Origin: Amoebophrya sp. A120
Lineage: Eukaryota; Protista; Dinoflagellata
Direction of reading: 5' to 3'
Assembly (NCBI GenBank): GCA_905178155.1
Contig: CAJINV010000020.1
Location: 186,001 to 250,000 of the forward strand
DNA length: 64,000 bases
The translations under genes were made by a program, and so were the position numbers. Within the stretch, counting starts at the first letter, position 1; the number at the start of each line of letters is the position of its first letter. The notes below the pieces were generated by a model. That model worked only from the letters and a program-made list of their open reading frames with translations, was not told the origin of the DNA and made no database searches. This document shows, in pieces, positions 35,393 through 49,416 of this stretch.

Positions 35393-37994
35393 CTATCTTT
35401 TTCGCTTACTTACACACCTCTCGCTCACGAGGACGACCACGCCGAGTAGTACATTTACACTTTGATCTTGGAACACGTGACAATTTGCTTCTCTAGCAGT
35501 GAAACCGCGAGAGGCGGTGAAAAACGCACTATCGATCGATACGATTTGGCTCGCGTTGTGCATCCTACTTCTGTCTGGCGGTCTCATATCAGTACTACCG
35601 TAGTTGCGCTCACCACGATAACTACGAGGACCACTTTCAACATTCTCGCACCGACAAACAAAAGCAAGGTTGCGCAGCAAACTGAGAGCTGAAGCGAAGA
35701 TATTTTTCTCTTGTTCCGCCCGGTCCGGGTGAAGTACAACTTCGGGATACCTGCCAGACTGGGAGATCCTCGGAGAAGCACTCTCCTCCTTCCCTCGTTG
35801 TTCCGTCGTGAGACTCGGTGGAGCAGGAACTGGTTCGGATTTATTTCCCGGTGCCGCATCGCTCGGTGTTCGTGGCGATTCCGGTTCTTGCACATACGCA
35901 GGATCGTCTGGTGGTGCATCCGAGGTTTTCTGACTGGCGTCTCCCTCTCCTTGCCCCGCCCCTTCATCGTGCCCTCTCGTGGTACAGCTCCTACTTGGTG
36001 CCTGTACAAAAATTTCCTCCGACCCCGACCCTTGCGGCTGGGAAAATGAGGAGTTTGCTTCCACTTCCTCCTCCTCGAAAAACACACCACCGTCCACAAA
36101 AACCCGCAGTTCCCGCCGCAAAATCGCCATCAACAGCGGCGCGTTGCAGCACCGCCCCGATTTTTCTTCGAAAAAACGCCGGAACTCTGGGCTCCGGCGC
36201 ACAGCGTCAATGTCGATCTCGATTGTGCTGGGAGAAGAAACTTTTGCTGTAGTAAGTTCCCGACTTTTCCCCTCGTCCTCCCCGAGCAATCTCGTCACAC
36301 CAGCAGCAGACGCAGGACTACTCGGACTATTTCTTTTCACGAACTCCGCCGGAAAACAGGGTACGGGCAGCGCGTCCCACAGCTTCACGTTTCTCAAGCC
36401 GTGCGGGACGATCAAGCCGTCGTCGAAGCTCCGGCCAGCGTAGTCCAACGCCGTGTCATTATTTTCCGTCGTTTGCAACTCCACGTCAGCTTTGTTATCC
36501 AGCAAAATCTGCAACACTTCCACGTTCCCCAACGCGGCGGAACACATCAGCGCCGTCCGGCTGTACTTTCCAAAGTATTGTAAATTCACGTCCGCTTTTT
36601 CCTGCAGCAGCACCTCCACCAGCTGGTAATTCCCATAGTCCGCCGCAAACGCGAGCGCATCGAAACCGACGTCTGTGATCTGCCGGACGTCCGCCTTCGC
36701 ATTTAGCAACGTGAAAAAACTGTGCGCGGTTTTGCTACTCCGCCGGTTTTTGCAGCAGGCGATCATCAGGGCGGTTAATCCGTAATTCGTCTGCACGTTC
36801 ACGTCCGCGGCCAGGTCCACCAGCAAATTCAGCAACGCCGGGTCTTTGACCGTGTTGTCCATCCCGGCCGCAAACATGGCAGCGGTGAAGCCCCCGGCAT
36901 TGACCGCGTTGATGTCTGCGTTCAGGTGCTGCACGAGGAGTGTGCAGGGTAAAAGCATCGTACTCGTACTAGTAGAAAATGCGTCACAGATGATTTTTCC
37001 AGCTCCAGGAAGAATAATGCTGATCAAGAAACACCAGCATGCAATTTTGCGACTGCTGGTACGAGATACTTTTGCAGTTGATATGGAGGTAAATAATCTG
37101 CCTTCTTTCCTCCGCGTCCTTGTTCCGCATGGCACAGAGCAGGGCCGTGCGGCCCGTGTCGACCGACCGCCGATTCACGTAGTCGAAAAGACGCTTCTGC
37201 TCGGCGGGATTCAGCAGCTGCGTGTTACTGTGCGTCAGGGGGTCTTTGCTCTGTGAAGGTAAAAAAGTGGCAGCCCCTACTTTGTCCGGCGGAAGTCCGG
37301 CATTTGTCGTGTCGTGGCCACCTAGTACTTCTACGGCATCGCTATGTGCTTTGAAGATCTGCTTGCTCTCGAAATCTGAATCGTCCGGCAACTGAACCAC
37401 TGTTTTTGTGCTGCTGGCAACAGAACTTGCTTTATTTTTCCTTTCGTTCAACATTTCGGCGCCACTACTAACCGTGTACGCCGAAACCTTACTATTAAAC
37501 CGCGAACTGCACCGCGACGCGACGTCTTCCGCAAGATAATTAACCGTCAACTTCGTGTCAAATACGCCCGGAAATTCCTCCGTGAGCAGGTCCAACACCG
37601 CAGCCAGGTCCTCGGTCTCGCAGACCCGCATCAGCTTCGTCGTGTCGTTCGCCGTGAACTGACTCGTTTGCAAGTATTCGCGGTACAGAGCTGTGATGTC
37701 GGACGTGTAGGTCGTCGCAGAACTACTACCTTGCTGCCCGTTTTGTTCAACATCATTATGCTTCCCCGCGTCCACGTTGGCGTAATGCAAAAGCTCGTCG
37801 TACAGCCGCCGGGTTTGGGGGTTGATCAGAACCTCGTAGGCCGCGCGCAACTGCTGAAACTCGGCGGTCGCAGCTCGCTCGGAACTCGCTCGGCTCTTGT
37901 CTGGGTGACGCTCCCGGGCCAACCGCTTGTACTGCTTCCGCAGGTCCGCTTCGCTGGCGTCGGCGGGGAGGTTGAGGCACGCGTAATACGCCAT
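35393..37994 (-). CDS. DnaJ (J-domain) plus ankyrin-repeat protein
   Basis: YYACLNL…YKRLARERHPDK…FQQLRAAYEVL; ankyrin repeats (GRTALLCA, GLTALMIA, RTALMCSAALGNVEVLQILLDNKADV); joined across the 36941 element. Confidence 0.8.
36941..37083. mobile_element. Introner family B (one terminal TA mutated to TG)
   Basis: AAAAGCATCGTACTCGTAC / GTACGAGATACTTTTGC; TSD AGGAG/TGGAG; join IIYL-LVQHLNADIN. Confidence 0.82.
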
Positions 37995-38606
37995 TTTTTT
38001 CTCTGTGGATTTGGCTAGAAGTAGAACATCTTCATCCTGCTCGAGAAAAAAAAACGCTCGTGGTGACTGCAAGTATGACACCAACAGACGCATTTCAGAG
38101 GCTAGGCACACGACAAGCAACAAGATTCATTAAAAACACTTTGGAACACTTCTCTGGTCTGCTTAAGAAGGCTCGAAGACTCCTGTGAGAAACAGAAACT
38201 GAAACCCCTGTCGTCCTTATTCTCTCCTGTTGCGCCAAAAGGGAAGATGAGGCCCAGCTCTGCTAGTCGTGTCAAATACAACAAAAAGGAGTCCTTGTAC
38301 TATGTGTCGTGTTTCTATGTCTTCTCATGTTCTTTCAGCGTCCCCGATATCCAATCCGACGTGGTGGTCGGAGCAATAGCAGCCACTCGAACAACAACCC
38401 TTAACTAGACTGCTGTTGTATGTTTCCGACGTCGCTGTATTTATTCTTTTCCCATCAAAACCGCATGCTGTGGCTGTTCCTCTGCTACAGCAGGAACATC
38501 TCTACACGAGCATGTTGGCAACGCGTTCACTTCACGATCACAATATCGCTAGCTCGTCCACACAAGAAAGGGAGGGGACTGCGAGAACCTGAAATTGTTC
38601 CTTTTT

Positions 38607-40475
38607 CTACTGCAGATTTTTCTTCAGCCGGTCCGCCGCTTCCGCCAGGTCGTCCATTTGGCGGCAGAAGCAAAACCGAATGTACTCGTTTGCCTTCTCC
38701 TTGTTACTGTAGAACGTGTCCCCCGCAACAGTTGCCACACCGCAGTTCTTCAGTAAGAACATGCACGCGTCCTGTGCCGTTTCGAAGTGCTTCAGCTTCT
38801 CGACTTTCCGGAATTTCGCGAAGATGTAGTACGCTGCAAACGGACCGATGATCTCGAAGTTCAGTTGCTTCAGCGTAGTTACTAAAAAGTCCCGCCGCTC
38901 CTCGTATTTGTTCTTCAAATACCGGTAGTACTCTTCGTCCATTTTATCCAGCAAGCTCTCCACCCCCAGCTGCATGGGTGTCGGTGCCTGCAACACGAGC
39001 TGGTCGTGCACGGCGCGGACGGTCTTCGCCAAGTGCGGCGGACAGATCAGCCACCCCACCCGCCAGCCCGTGCAGGAGAAGGATTTCGACACCGAGTTCA
39101 TCAGCAGAGAGAGACTTCCCATCTTCACCACGTCCTCGTCGCTGAACCCGGCTTCCTTCGTCAAGACCTGGGCCGTGTCGAACCCGGGCAGCACGTGCTT
39201 GCTCCGCACCGCGCCGTCGTAAATCATGTGTTCGTAGATGTCGTCCGTGATGAGGTACGCGTCGTTGTCCAAGCAGATCCGGCACAGCTGCTGCAGCTCC
39301 GGTATGGTAAAAACCTTCCCGGTCGGGTTGTGCGGGTCGCACAACACCAACGCGCGGCACCGTCGCATCTTCTGCCGGATGTCGTCGAAGCTGAGCTGCC
39401 TATCCACTCGTAAAAGCATCGTACTATTGTATTCGACGTAACCAAAATGCATGACAAATGTGGTTTTCTTTTCCTACCAGAATCTGCATGACAGTTTATT
39501 TCCCTTCGAAAAAATTATACTTTGGCATGCGATTTACGGAAGTACGATGCTTTTGCCTTGCCTACTGCCAGGCGTTGGCCGCTTCGTCCTCGAACAACGT
39601 CGTGATTTCGCAATTCAAATGGAAAACCTTCGCCTGCTGCGGATACAGCTCGTGATAGGGCTCCATCACCAGAATGGAGTCCCCCGGCTGGCACACCGAC
39701 CGCAGGGCCACGGCGAAGGCTTCCGTGGCGCCAAGCGTAACCGTGATGTTCGCCTCGGCGTCGACGTTTTTCTGGTTCGTGACGCCGTTGAGGAAGCCTT
39801 TGTTCCCCCCGTACCACCTCGCGTAGTACTCCTCGATGCACTTTCGAATCTGCGGCCGCCCCACCGGCATGGAGTACTGGGAGTGCGCGTCTTTGGCGTT
39901 CTTCTCTGTGATGATTTGCCGTATGAAGTCCTCGAAAGAAACACTGCTGGAGCAATTTTTATCAGCTTCACTCCTCCTCTCCACCATCTGCTGTAGCAGA
40001 TCCTGCGCTGGCATCTTCGCGATTTCCTGTGCCTTGTCCGCGCTGCCGCCCAGCAGCGCGCAGACGATGGAAACCACACCCTCGGGGGGCGGGGCTTCGT
40101 TGGGAAAGCCCTGACTCAGGTTCACGGCGTTGTACTCGAGCGCGAGCTATCAAACGCAAACATGTCTGGCTCTGGAAGAGCGTGATGCTGTTTGTGCATG
40201 ACACGGAAGGTCGCGCATGCAAGTCCTAGCATCACAGGTTTTGAGCAGGTTTCGCAATGCCTGACCTGCATGACAAGTCCCCTCTTTGGGCGACAAGAAA
40301 GAAGCAGCTTTTGCGGTCCATGCATGACAGATATTTGTCTGCTTTAAAAATGCGCATCAGAAGTGTACATGTTTCCAGACCCAGACATATTTGCAATGTA
40401 TACGAGCCGACTCATCAACCGGATCCCGGACTCCTTCACGCCCGACTGCTGCTCCGGCGCCGGGGGCGTCACCAT
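38607..40475 (-). CDS. Class I PLP-dependent aminotransferase (kynurenine/methionine aminotransferase-like)
   Basis: ESGIRLMSRL-ALEYNAVNLSQGFPN, TLGATEA, PHNPTGKVF, ITDDIYEH, SVSKSFSCTGWRVGW, IRFCFC; two introner introns. Confidence 0.9.
39401..39564. mobile_element. Introner family B
   Basis: TIR AAAAGCATCGTACT; perfect TSD CTGCC; join ANAWQ-LSFDDIR. Confidence 0.9.
40148..40402. mobile_element. Introner family A
   Basis: TIR GCAAA(C/T)ATGTCTGG(C/G)TCTGGAA; perfect TSD CGAGC; removal restores the aminotransferase N-terminal motif. Confidence 0.92.
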
Positions 40476-42160
40476 CTTTCTTGTGGAGAATGTTTATTTT
40501 CAGCTGTTTGCGAAAACAGTGGCACATTCAAAAAAAAACATACCGCTCGCCCTATCAATGCAGAACCAACTACGAGCAGCGAACCAAAAACCAATTACTG
40601 CACGCTGCAAAGACTCTCCACTTTTATTCTGTGCTTCGGTGACTAAAACTAAATGAAAAAAACGAGTCTGTCACGAGAGCAGCGCCACCGGCCCGGATCA
40701 TCTCTAACATTACTGTCCGAATGATATATACCGTTTCCTGATCGTTCCGCAAGGGAAATTTCGATCAATCGCCATGCCCCTCAAAAAGAAGGAGCCACTG
40801 TCGTTGATCTTGTATTAGCCGAGATAAAGCAACTCTTTTAGTATCAGTTTCAAAACCGATTACACGTTCTCCGTACTCTGTCTCGCTTGTTGTGCTTGAC
40901 CGAATGACACATTCGCATTGCCGCAAGTGATCGGAAAAAAAAACTGAGCGTGGCACAAAACAGGTCGCACACCGTCTGCTCCTTGCGGATTCTGTCACTC
41001 AATTTATTTCACGAACTGCAAAAGAAAAAACGAACATTTTCGCCACGTGCAGCTCTGGACCACGAGGGAAGAAACCATCCAACTTGATGCCCAGGAAGTA
41101 GCGGAGCAAGCTTTCGTATCACCTTTGCGCAGTTCGCATTGTATCACTACCGCGTCGTCACAAAGACTAGTTCCAACAGCATCGGAGTTCCAACAACATC
41201 GGGTCTCCTGAGATGAGTCAAGTTGCTCGCACTAGTCTTTCCGATATAAATGAAAGTCGCTTGTTCCGAGGCAGCGATATGCTGCAACAGAAAATTCTTT
41301 GACAGCGTGCTGAAAGTTTCACAGACAGATGTTCAATTTCAGGGTCGCTTGCGCTTCTGTGCTTTGTCGCATTGATATACTACTTCTAGATTGTCGGAAT
41401 CGCGATGTGGATAATTTGCAAAACATGACAAGAAGGATGTCGTCGTGGCTGATCTTCTTACTGTCGTTTGTGTTTGAGCTTGACTAAGACTACGAGTAAG
41501 ACTAGCAGCATTACATGAAGAAATAAGAATAAAGGGCAGCTCGCTCTAGGGTGTAATAAAGGCGACAGCAACAGTTGCGCGCTGTTGCTGCCGCTGCTGC
41601 TATTTATAGTTGTTACTCTTCTCATGTGGTCGCGGCGGAGCGAGAAAACATGGTCGGAATGGATGTGCTCCTGCTGGTATATACCTGCAGTTGCGGTGGA
41701 GGAAAATCGCAGGTGTAGTAGAGTTTCTAGTACAACTGTATGCGCAAAAACCACCGCGCGTATGACAACTCTATTTTTGTACAGTGTGGAAAATTTGTCT
41801 TCGACATAGAATGCGAAGAAAGTCAGGCTGTACAACCGTTTGGTGCTGCTAGTCAGTCGTGACGAGGTACTGGTACTATTTCATTTTCCAGCTCCAAACT
41901 CGTCGGTCTTTTACAGTGTCGCTATTTGTATTTTTCGGTGCATCGGGTCACATCGTTCTTGCGACAACAGTGTTAGATAGCTAGGAACAAGCGTGGTTCA
42001 TTTCAAGAAAATATCCCTCACGACTTTAATTCTGTCCATGAGTCAGGCTACTTACTATTGCTTGAGAAATGATCTTCTGCGTACTGTGTGTATGATGATA
42101 AAATGTCATTATTTGAAAGGCTACTCACGACCTACAGGCCGCAACATTAAATGTTCCTCG

Positions 42161-45100
42161 TCATTGCTGTGCGCAGCCAGGGTCGTCCGACGTCCCATTG
42201 CGCGAGGAGTTGTTATTGCTGTTATTTCGCGTACCGTAGTTGTTCGGTTGGTTCACTGTGGGCTGGTGATTCGACCTTCCCAACCGGGAAAACAGGCTCG
42301 AAGTAGTATAGTTTGTATTTCCACCGGTCGTCGACGTCGTATTTGGAATGATAGGAATAGGGGGATTGACATTGAGACTATTCGCAAGTAGACCCGGCAG
42401 CGCTGCCGGTCGCTTGTTGCTTGCAATAGTACCTCCTGATGATGTGAAGGGGTCGCCACTGTCGGCGCGAAGATCATTTGTTCCACCTCCACCGAGATTT
42501 CTACTTCTGAAGGGATCCAACTCGACGCCGGAACTGCGGTTTAAATCGTAGTTGCCCAGCAGGCTGCTGCTGCTGGTGGTGTCCTGCCTGTTGACACTGC
42601 TGTCCACGTTGTTGCTAGAAGTACTCATACCAAATGATCCCGCACCTGCAGCGTTCTTGTTCGAAAACAGGTAGCTGCTGCTGCTACTGCTACCGTAATC
42701 TCTTCCAAAGACCGCGCTGCTACTGCCCGAAGATGTCGCACCTCCTCCGCCTAGGAGGAGGTTATCATTGTTCTTGTTACCTGCTCCGAAGGAGAGATTA
42801 AGCAGCGCCCTACTGGTTGTGCCGTTGTGATAGCTGCTGCTAGAAGAGGAACTGCCCGCGGACGACGACGAGCCAGCGGGTGCTGGATTGTTGTTCACTC
42901 GCGAAACTACCATGCTGTTCCAGGACGAGTGGTCCGCCGCTTTGCCGCTTGAGAAGACGTCGCTGCTTTTGGGGTGCGACGTGACCACGTCCTCGCTGCT
43001 GCTGGAGGCACTCAGCACGCCCGCGCGCTCGCCCACTTTGCGCTTCTCCTGTTCGCGTTTCGCAAGCGCTAGTTTGTGTTGCACCACGACTTCCGCCTCC
43101 ACGGTGTCCCTTGTCACAAACCGCCACACGTGCACTTTCTTCTTCTGGCCGTACCGCCGCGCACGCCCGATGGCCTGGGTCTCGTACACCAACGCTTTGG
43201 AGAACGTGTTGGCTACCTGTAGAGCAACAGCGAGATGACAGTGAGAAAACTTTCAACTACTTTTATGCAGTAAGTTCGCAGATTTCTCCAGCTTTTTACG
43301 AAGCTGCAAGTAAGAACAATCAAGCACACAGATGCACAACACTACCCCGGAAAGCCAACATGAAGACAATGAATCGAAAGAAACACAGCAGTCATCTGTC
43401 AAATACGTACCATGGGGTGCACGAACAGGATGTGATTCGCCGACGTGAGGTTCGCGCCGCTCGCGTTGCTCTCGAAGCTCATCAAGAGAATCCTGGGCGT
43501 GCCGTGTGGGATCCGCGTCCCCTCCGCGTAGACCTGGTTGAATTCCTTCAGAATTCGGCTTTTTTTGTGCCCCGAGCCTGAGAGCGAGGTGTAGGGGAAC
43601 CCGGAGCTCTCGAACGCGTCCGCCAGTTTGTCCTGGATCAGCTTCCACTGCGCGAACACGATCACCTTGGCGCTGGGGTCGTCTTCCAGGATTTTCAACA
43701 GTACCAGCATGACGGACTCCAGCTTGCTGCCGAACTTCCGGTACCTCCGCCGGTCGGTGTCTTTTTTGCACTTCTGCTCCCACCTTTCCACGTGCCCAAA
43801 CTCCTTGTTGTAGAGCTCTAACTTTCCCCAGCTCGTCGTTAGGTGCTCCTTTCGGACGACGCCCGCGGGTAACGACCTATAACGGGGGTAGAATGAAAGG
43901 GTAAAAAAGGTGTACGTGTAGAAAGTACTTTTACAAACTTCTGTGTGAAGCCCGGGACGTGGCAAAGAACCAAATGGGTCTCATACGGTCTGAAGCACAT
44001 GCTGCACAGTTCGGATGAATCGAAGTTCATGATCAACACCTTGTGCTGCGCCAGTGCCAGACATCAATACAAACATACGGTTTATTTGTGGCCTTGGTGG
44101 AAGTTGATGAAACGTCCATGATCATCAAAGTAAAACGAGTAAAGAAGAAGTACACTGGTTTCTTGGAAGCAGCAGCAGGCTTCACATCCTTCTTCGCACC
44201 GCTGCCAGTCGCGCCATTTTTGTGCTCGCCCTCCAGTTTCTCTATGTCCTCCTCCATTTTCCGGATCCCCTCCGCCTCATCAGCAATGTCGCAAATGTCC
44301 GTGGCTTTCAAACCTGGGTGGTTGCACGTGGGGCACTTGCCAGTGCCGCTGATGGAGCTCGCCAGGCAGGACTTACAGAACGCGTGGCCGCAGGGGGTCA
44401 GGCGAATGTCCCCGACCGTAAATTCGCCCTTCGCGTAGTCGCACGGGGCGTTCAGCGGTAGGGCGTCGTTGTAGCAGATCGGACACTCAAATTCCAGTTG
44501 CTCCTCTTCTTCCTGATTGTTCTCGCTCTTGTTCTGGTGCCCGCGACAGAAGGTCTGCAAGCTGCGGCAGAAGAAGCTGAAGGGCTGGAACGCGGGCTTC
44601 AGCGCGTCCAGCTTGGTCTGGAAGTTTTTCATGCCGTAGTCGTAGACGCGCCGCACCAGCTGGGCCAGGTGGTCGGTACCCTCGCCGACGTTTGGCCGTC
44701 CGGGCGTGGTCTTGTTCGGGGTCATCTCTTTCGGACCGAAGGCGGCTTGCTCGGGGAAGAAGGGGTCCAGCTGCAACCGGAACTGCTGCTCGTCGGGTGG
44801 GTGCGTGTTCTGCTCCAGGTTCTTCGACCCGAACGCCGCGCCCAGCAAGCCCGGCAGGCCCTGGTCCCAGATCGGGTCCAGCTCCCGCTCGGGATCCTCT
44901 CCGAGAAGGTCGCGGAACTTCCCATTGGACGTCAGCAGCCGCTCGAGGTGTTGCAGCCGCCAAAGGAAGTACTGGTCCGCGTTCAGCATGTCCCGCTTCT
45001 TGTTCGGCTGCGGTCTTCCGTCGCTGTCTTTCGGCAGCCGGGCGGTAACCAAGTCGTCGTACTCTTTCACATACGCCCGCAGCTTGGGCAGAATCCCGTT

Positions 45101-48100
45101 CGTGTCGTAGTCGCGACGCGGGTAGGCCCGGTACAGTCGCTTCGCGCATTCCACCTGCCGCACAGCGAGGGCGACCTGAGGGATGTAGAACAGAAGTAGC
45201 TTATCGCAATTTCATAAACGTGGTCCAACTAAGAAGTAAGTAGTGCCGTTTCATTGGAAGTAAGTAGTGCCGTTTCATTGCATCTATCAGCACAATAGCG
45301 GGTTCATTTCATTCCCATACACGAACCAGCGAAACAGAAAAATCTCGGCGAGCAGCAGGATCAATGATTTTCGGTTCTACAAATAAAATTTACGCATACC
45401 TTTCGGACCGCGGCATCCAGCCGGCGCTTGTGCACCTCGTATACGCGGTTGATTTCCTGCGTTGCGTTGTTGACGTCCCGCCGCGCCACGGTGGAGTAGG
45501 TGCAGCACAGCTTGATGAGCGCCTCCCGACTGCGCGTGTCCGTTTTCGCGACCACGAGACTGGCAAAGTCCAGGTTTTTGTCCAGCTTTCGCTTCTTGCT
45601 GGCCGGCCCAACAGCTCCCGCGTCATCCTGGTGTAGTTCCTCCCCCTGCTCTGCCTTGTCGCGATCCCCCTCCTCCTCTACGTCGGGATTCTCTTGATTT
45701 TCCTCCTCGTCTTCGCCGTCCACTAGTCCTATCTGTAGGTAGTTCACGTTGTTGACTTCGTTCAAGTACAGTGCCTTCTCCTCGGGGTACTGCCGGACCG
45801 CAATCACGTGTTCCACCGTTTCAATCCCCTCCAGCAGCGACTCCGCACTGTTCTGCCGGATAAAGGCCTCGACAAACTTCCTCGCCTGCTCCCAGTGCAC
45901 GGTGCTGAAGTCCCAGCCGTGCGACTCGGTCAACAGCTCGTGTCGGCGGTTCAAGATGTAGCTCGCGTCCCGGAACACAAAGGAGTGTACCGGCTGATTC
46001 GGGTCGTGGCCGATCCGGCCCTCGCTGTGGCAGAACCGACAGGCAAACTCCTTCCCCGCGGCCGTCTCCTTCACGGACGCGCACCCCATCGTGTAGCACA
46101 CCGGGCAGACCAAACGGCTCCACTGTGCTTCGTCCACCAGCCGACTCATGTCGCGGCTCACGCACTCCTTTGGAAACCGGGCCTTCGCGAGCTGAGAGTC
46201 CTCCTCCCGGTTGGCCAGGTCCTTCTTCGCCCAGGTGCCGTCCGTCAACACCCCCTGCACGCGGTCGGCCAGGTCCTGCGACTCCTCCTGTAGCCCCACC
46301 AGGTCGATGCGGAACAGCGAGGCCATGCCCACGACACTCCGCACGGATTCGATCCGCGGGGTTCCGGTTAGACCCCAGATGTACCGCGCGTTGAACTGCA
46401 CCAAAAGGTCGATCTTGTCCATGTCCATGCTTTCCACCTCGTGAAATTCGTCGTACACCACGCGCTTCCAGAAGAAGTCCTCGAGCAGACGGCACTGCTG
46501 GTTGTCCAAGATCTCCACGTCGTCCCCGTTGCGCTTGCGCTGGTTCTTCACGTAGGTTTCGGAATACAGCAGCCGGTAGGTGACGATCACAATGTCGTAG
46601 TCGTACACGTACTGGTCCAGTTCCTTCTTCATGCCCCGCACGTCCCGCACTACTAAAACCCGTCTGAGGAGATCCCGACCCACGAACTTCTCGATCTCGT
46701 CCTTCCACTGCCCCAGCAGCTGCACCGGTACCAGAATCACGGTGGCTTCGGTTTTCACCAACTTCCGGCCGTCCTCGGAGATCACGTACTCGATCTTGCG
46801 CTTCCGCGCATTCTTTCGGCTGTTCCGGTTCCGGGCCTTTTCCCCAACGCTGGAGTTCTCGTTGGCGTTCGACGACTGCGAGGCGGCGTTATTTGTTCCT
46901 TTATTTGAATTTGCTTTTGCAGCCTTGTTGTTCAACATAGCGGTTTTCTTCTTGTTCTTCGCGTTGATATTATCACCCCCTGCAGCGGCGTTCATTTTCA
47001 CTTCCTGCATGTCTTTGTCGTCCACCTCGAGATTGCGTCGCGCGTCGTCCCCGAGCGTGCTGACGATCAGGCCGATGCAGGTGGCGGTCTTTCCGTAGCC
47101 GACCTTGTCGGCCAAAATGCCGCCCCGCACGGGGGTGGTCACCTTCATGGTAACCTTCAGGCACCAGTCCACCACGTCGGTGAACCGGAAGACCCGCACC
47201 AGGTCCACGGTGTGCTTGCCGTTGGCGCGCTCCCGGTCCTGCATCCACCGAAGGCTGCGCCGCTGCTCCGGCCGCAGCTGAAACGCCTTGCTCCACCCCT
47301 GCGGATTCTCCGCCGCCCGGTCGTGGTCGTTGTTGGGAATCTCGAACTCCGCGCCGAGGCCCTGCGTGCCCAACCGCGTGAGGCCGTCCAGCTCCTCCGC
47401 CTTCATCACGGCCACGTCGTACGCGACCGACCGGTTCGGGTACAGAAACCGCACCTCCTTCGTGCACTCCTCGAAGACCCGTGCCAGGTGCAGCTTCATC
47501 ACGTCCCCGGTGGGGGCCCCGATCTTCGGGTGGTGGAAGAAGTCGTAGAAGTAGTTGTGGCGCGGGATGGTGGTGCTCTTCGGCAGCTGGAGCCGGTTCA
47601 AGTGCTGGTGCGCCCAGTCCTGGTCCGAGTGCGTCTCGAAGCAGAGAAAGCTTTTGTACTCCCTCTCCCTTGTCGGGTCGGCGCCATAGTACCGCATGCG
47701 CGTCCCCTGGTAGGTCTTGTACGTGATGCGCAGCCCCGCTAAATGCGGGCAAAACAGGTGCTGGAGCGTGTTGGCATCGCACGCGAAGTGTCGCCCTTCG
47801 AACGCCGACAGCCGCAACCCCGGGTTGTACGGGTTCCACTGAAAGCCAGAGGCCTTGATCCCGAACTCCTCCGGCTTCGGCGGCCCGCCGACGAACTTGG
47901 TGACAATGCTGTTGTCCGAGAAGCCGCGGGAGATGTCTTTGCCCTCGAACGGCCCCCCAATGCGCTCCCACTGGAACGTCAGCCCGCCGCCGCCGCGCGC
48001 GAACAGACACACATCCGGGTTCGAAACTTGCAGCAGCAGCTCGCCCGCCGCGACCTTGTCGCTTTCCTTGGTCCCGCCGAAGCTGCCGCCGGCCTTCAGC

Positions 48101-49416
48101 AGCACGGGGCACGATGACAGGTCCATCGTGGACAAATCAAATGGCGCGGTCTTCGTGGTCGACAAACTGCGCACGGAGAGCGCCTTCTGCAGCAGGGGCG
48201 GCGAGGAAGAGCTGGACGCGCCGGCAAACGACTTAACCACGCACGCTCCCTCCGTCACGAAGCGTTTTTGCTCCGGCGTGAGGTTGACGGCCCGCACGGG
48301 CCCCTTTGTGTTTTGCAGCGAGGCCGCCTGCTCCTGCGCTGGAATTTTGTTCTGCGGCTCTCGGGTGTACTTTTTCACGTAGTCCTCCACATACCTCCAC
48401 GGTTCCCCTGGGCGCAAGTCCCCGCACCACCTGCGCATCTCCGTGGGAACTGCGAGCCCCAGCCACGACTGCTGCGGCTTCCACTTCCGCAAATCCGCCC
48501 ACTTGAAACCATCTTCGCTGTCGCTCACAACGTCAATCGTGGCGACAACCTCGTCGTCGTTTTCCTTACTGTTTTTCTTCTTTCCCTTCGCCTTCGCTTT
48601 CGGTTCCGGTGCGGCCGGCTTTTGCAGCGCGGCCCTCAGCGTGTCGACGAAAGCTTGTAAGCAGAACCGGCACGGACACGTGGACAACCGCTTGCCTCGC
48701 TCGGTGAAAAACTGCCCCGGGTCCGGAAACTTGGGTTGCCGTTTCGCCGGCAGCGCGGCGTCGAGCTCCGCAGCCACTTGGGCCGCGTCCTGTTTGTCCG
48801 TAAAGGACAACTTCAAACCGGCCCTGGGGTCGTTCCGAATGCGTCTGAGCTCGATCCGCAATTGCTCATACTCGAAGATTCGTGCTGCTGAAAGACCTTG
48901 TGCAGCTGCTGCGTCAAGAACTTGTGCCGCGGCCGGCGGGCGGGGTGCCGGAGCTGCTGGTGGCGGTATGTAGAGATTGGGACCTACCGCAGGTCGTGCC
49001 GGAGCTGCTGGACCATCTTCTTCATCCTGGAGCCCTGGCACTATCGCCTGTAGGCCTTGCGGTGGCGCTGGCGGCGCGACCGCTGGGAGCGGCAATGCGG
49101 GTGGCTGCTGATAAGTATCCTCCTCTTCGTCTTCGCTGTCGTACACCGGCTGGAGATTGCCCACCGGCACACGACGTCGAGGTGAAGCAGGCCGGGCTTG
49201 CACCTTTGGCCGTTGTACCGGCTGATTTGCCTGTATTCCTTGCCCGCCGCCCCGGGCCTGACGCAGCGCGACTACCAGCTCATTGTCCGTCCGCGTCAGG
49301 CTTGGATCATCCATCCACGCGTTCACCACGGCCTCGGCGTTCCGCCCATAGTACTCGAAAAGCAGGTCCGCCACCTCGCGGCTGCAGTTCGTCAGCATCT
49401 GCACCATATCAGCCAT
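42161..49416 (-). CDS. SNF2-family ATPase with inserted RING finger and N-terminal UBA-like segment (RAD5/16-like; resembles DNMT5 ATPase module)
   Basis: GGILADKVGYGKT, VVYDEFHE, WGLTGTP, RING CPIC…CGHAFCKSC…CPTC, SGANLTSANHILF, ETQAIGRARRYGQ; three GT-AG introns (~45175-45399, ~43877-44153, ~43218-43410). Confidence 0.85.
45233..45280. repeat. 24-bp perfect tandem duplication inside an intron
   Basis: GAAGTAAGTAGTGCCGTTTCATTG x2. Confidence 0.9.

Noticed and set aside
23651-39569. Reading the elements as GC-AG introns by sliding within the TSD
   Set aside because: Works for 23656, 25811 and 39401 only and at different offsets; impossible for most others and conflicts with the six homology-based register constraints.
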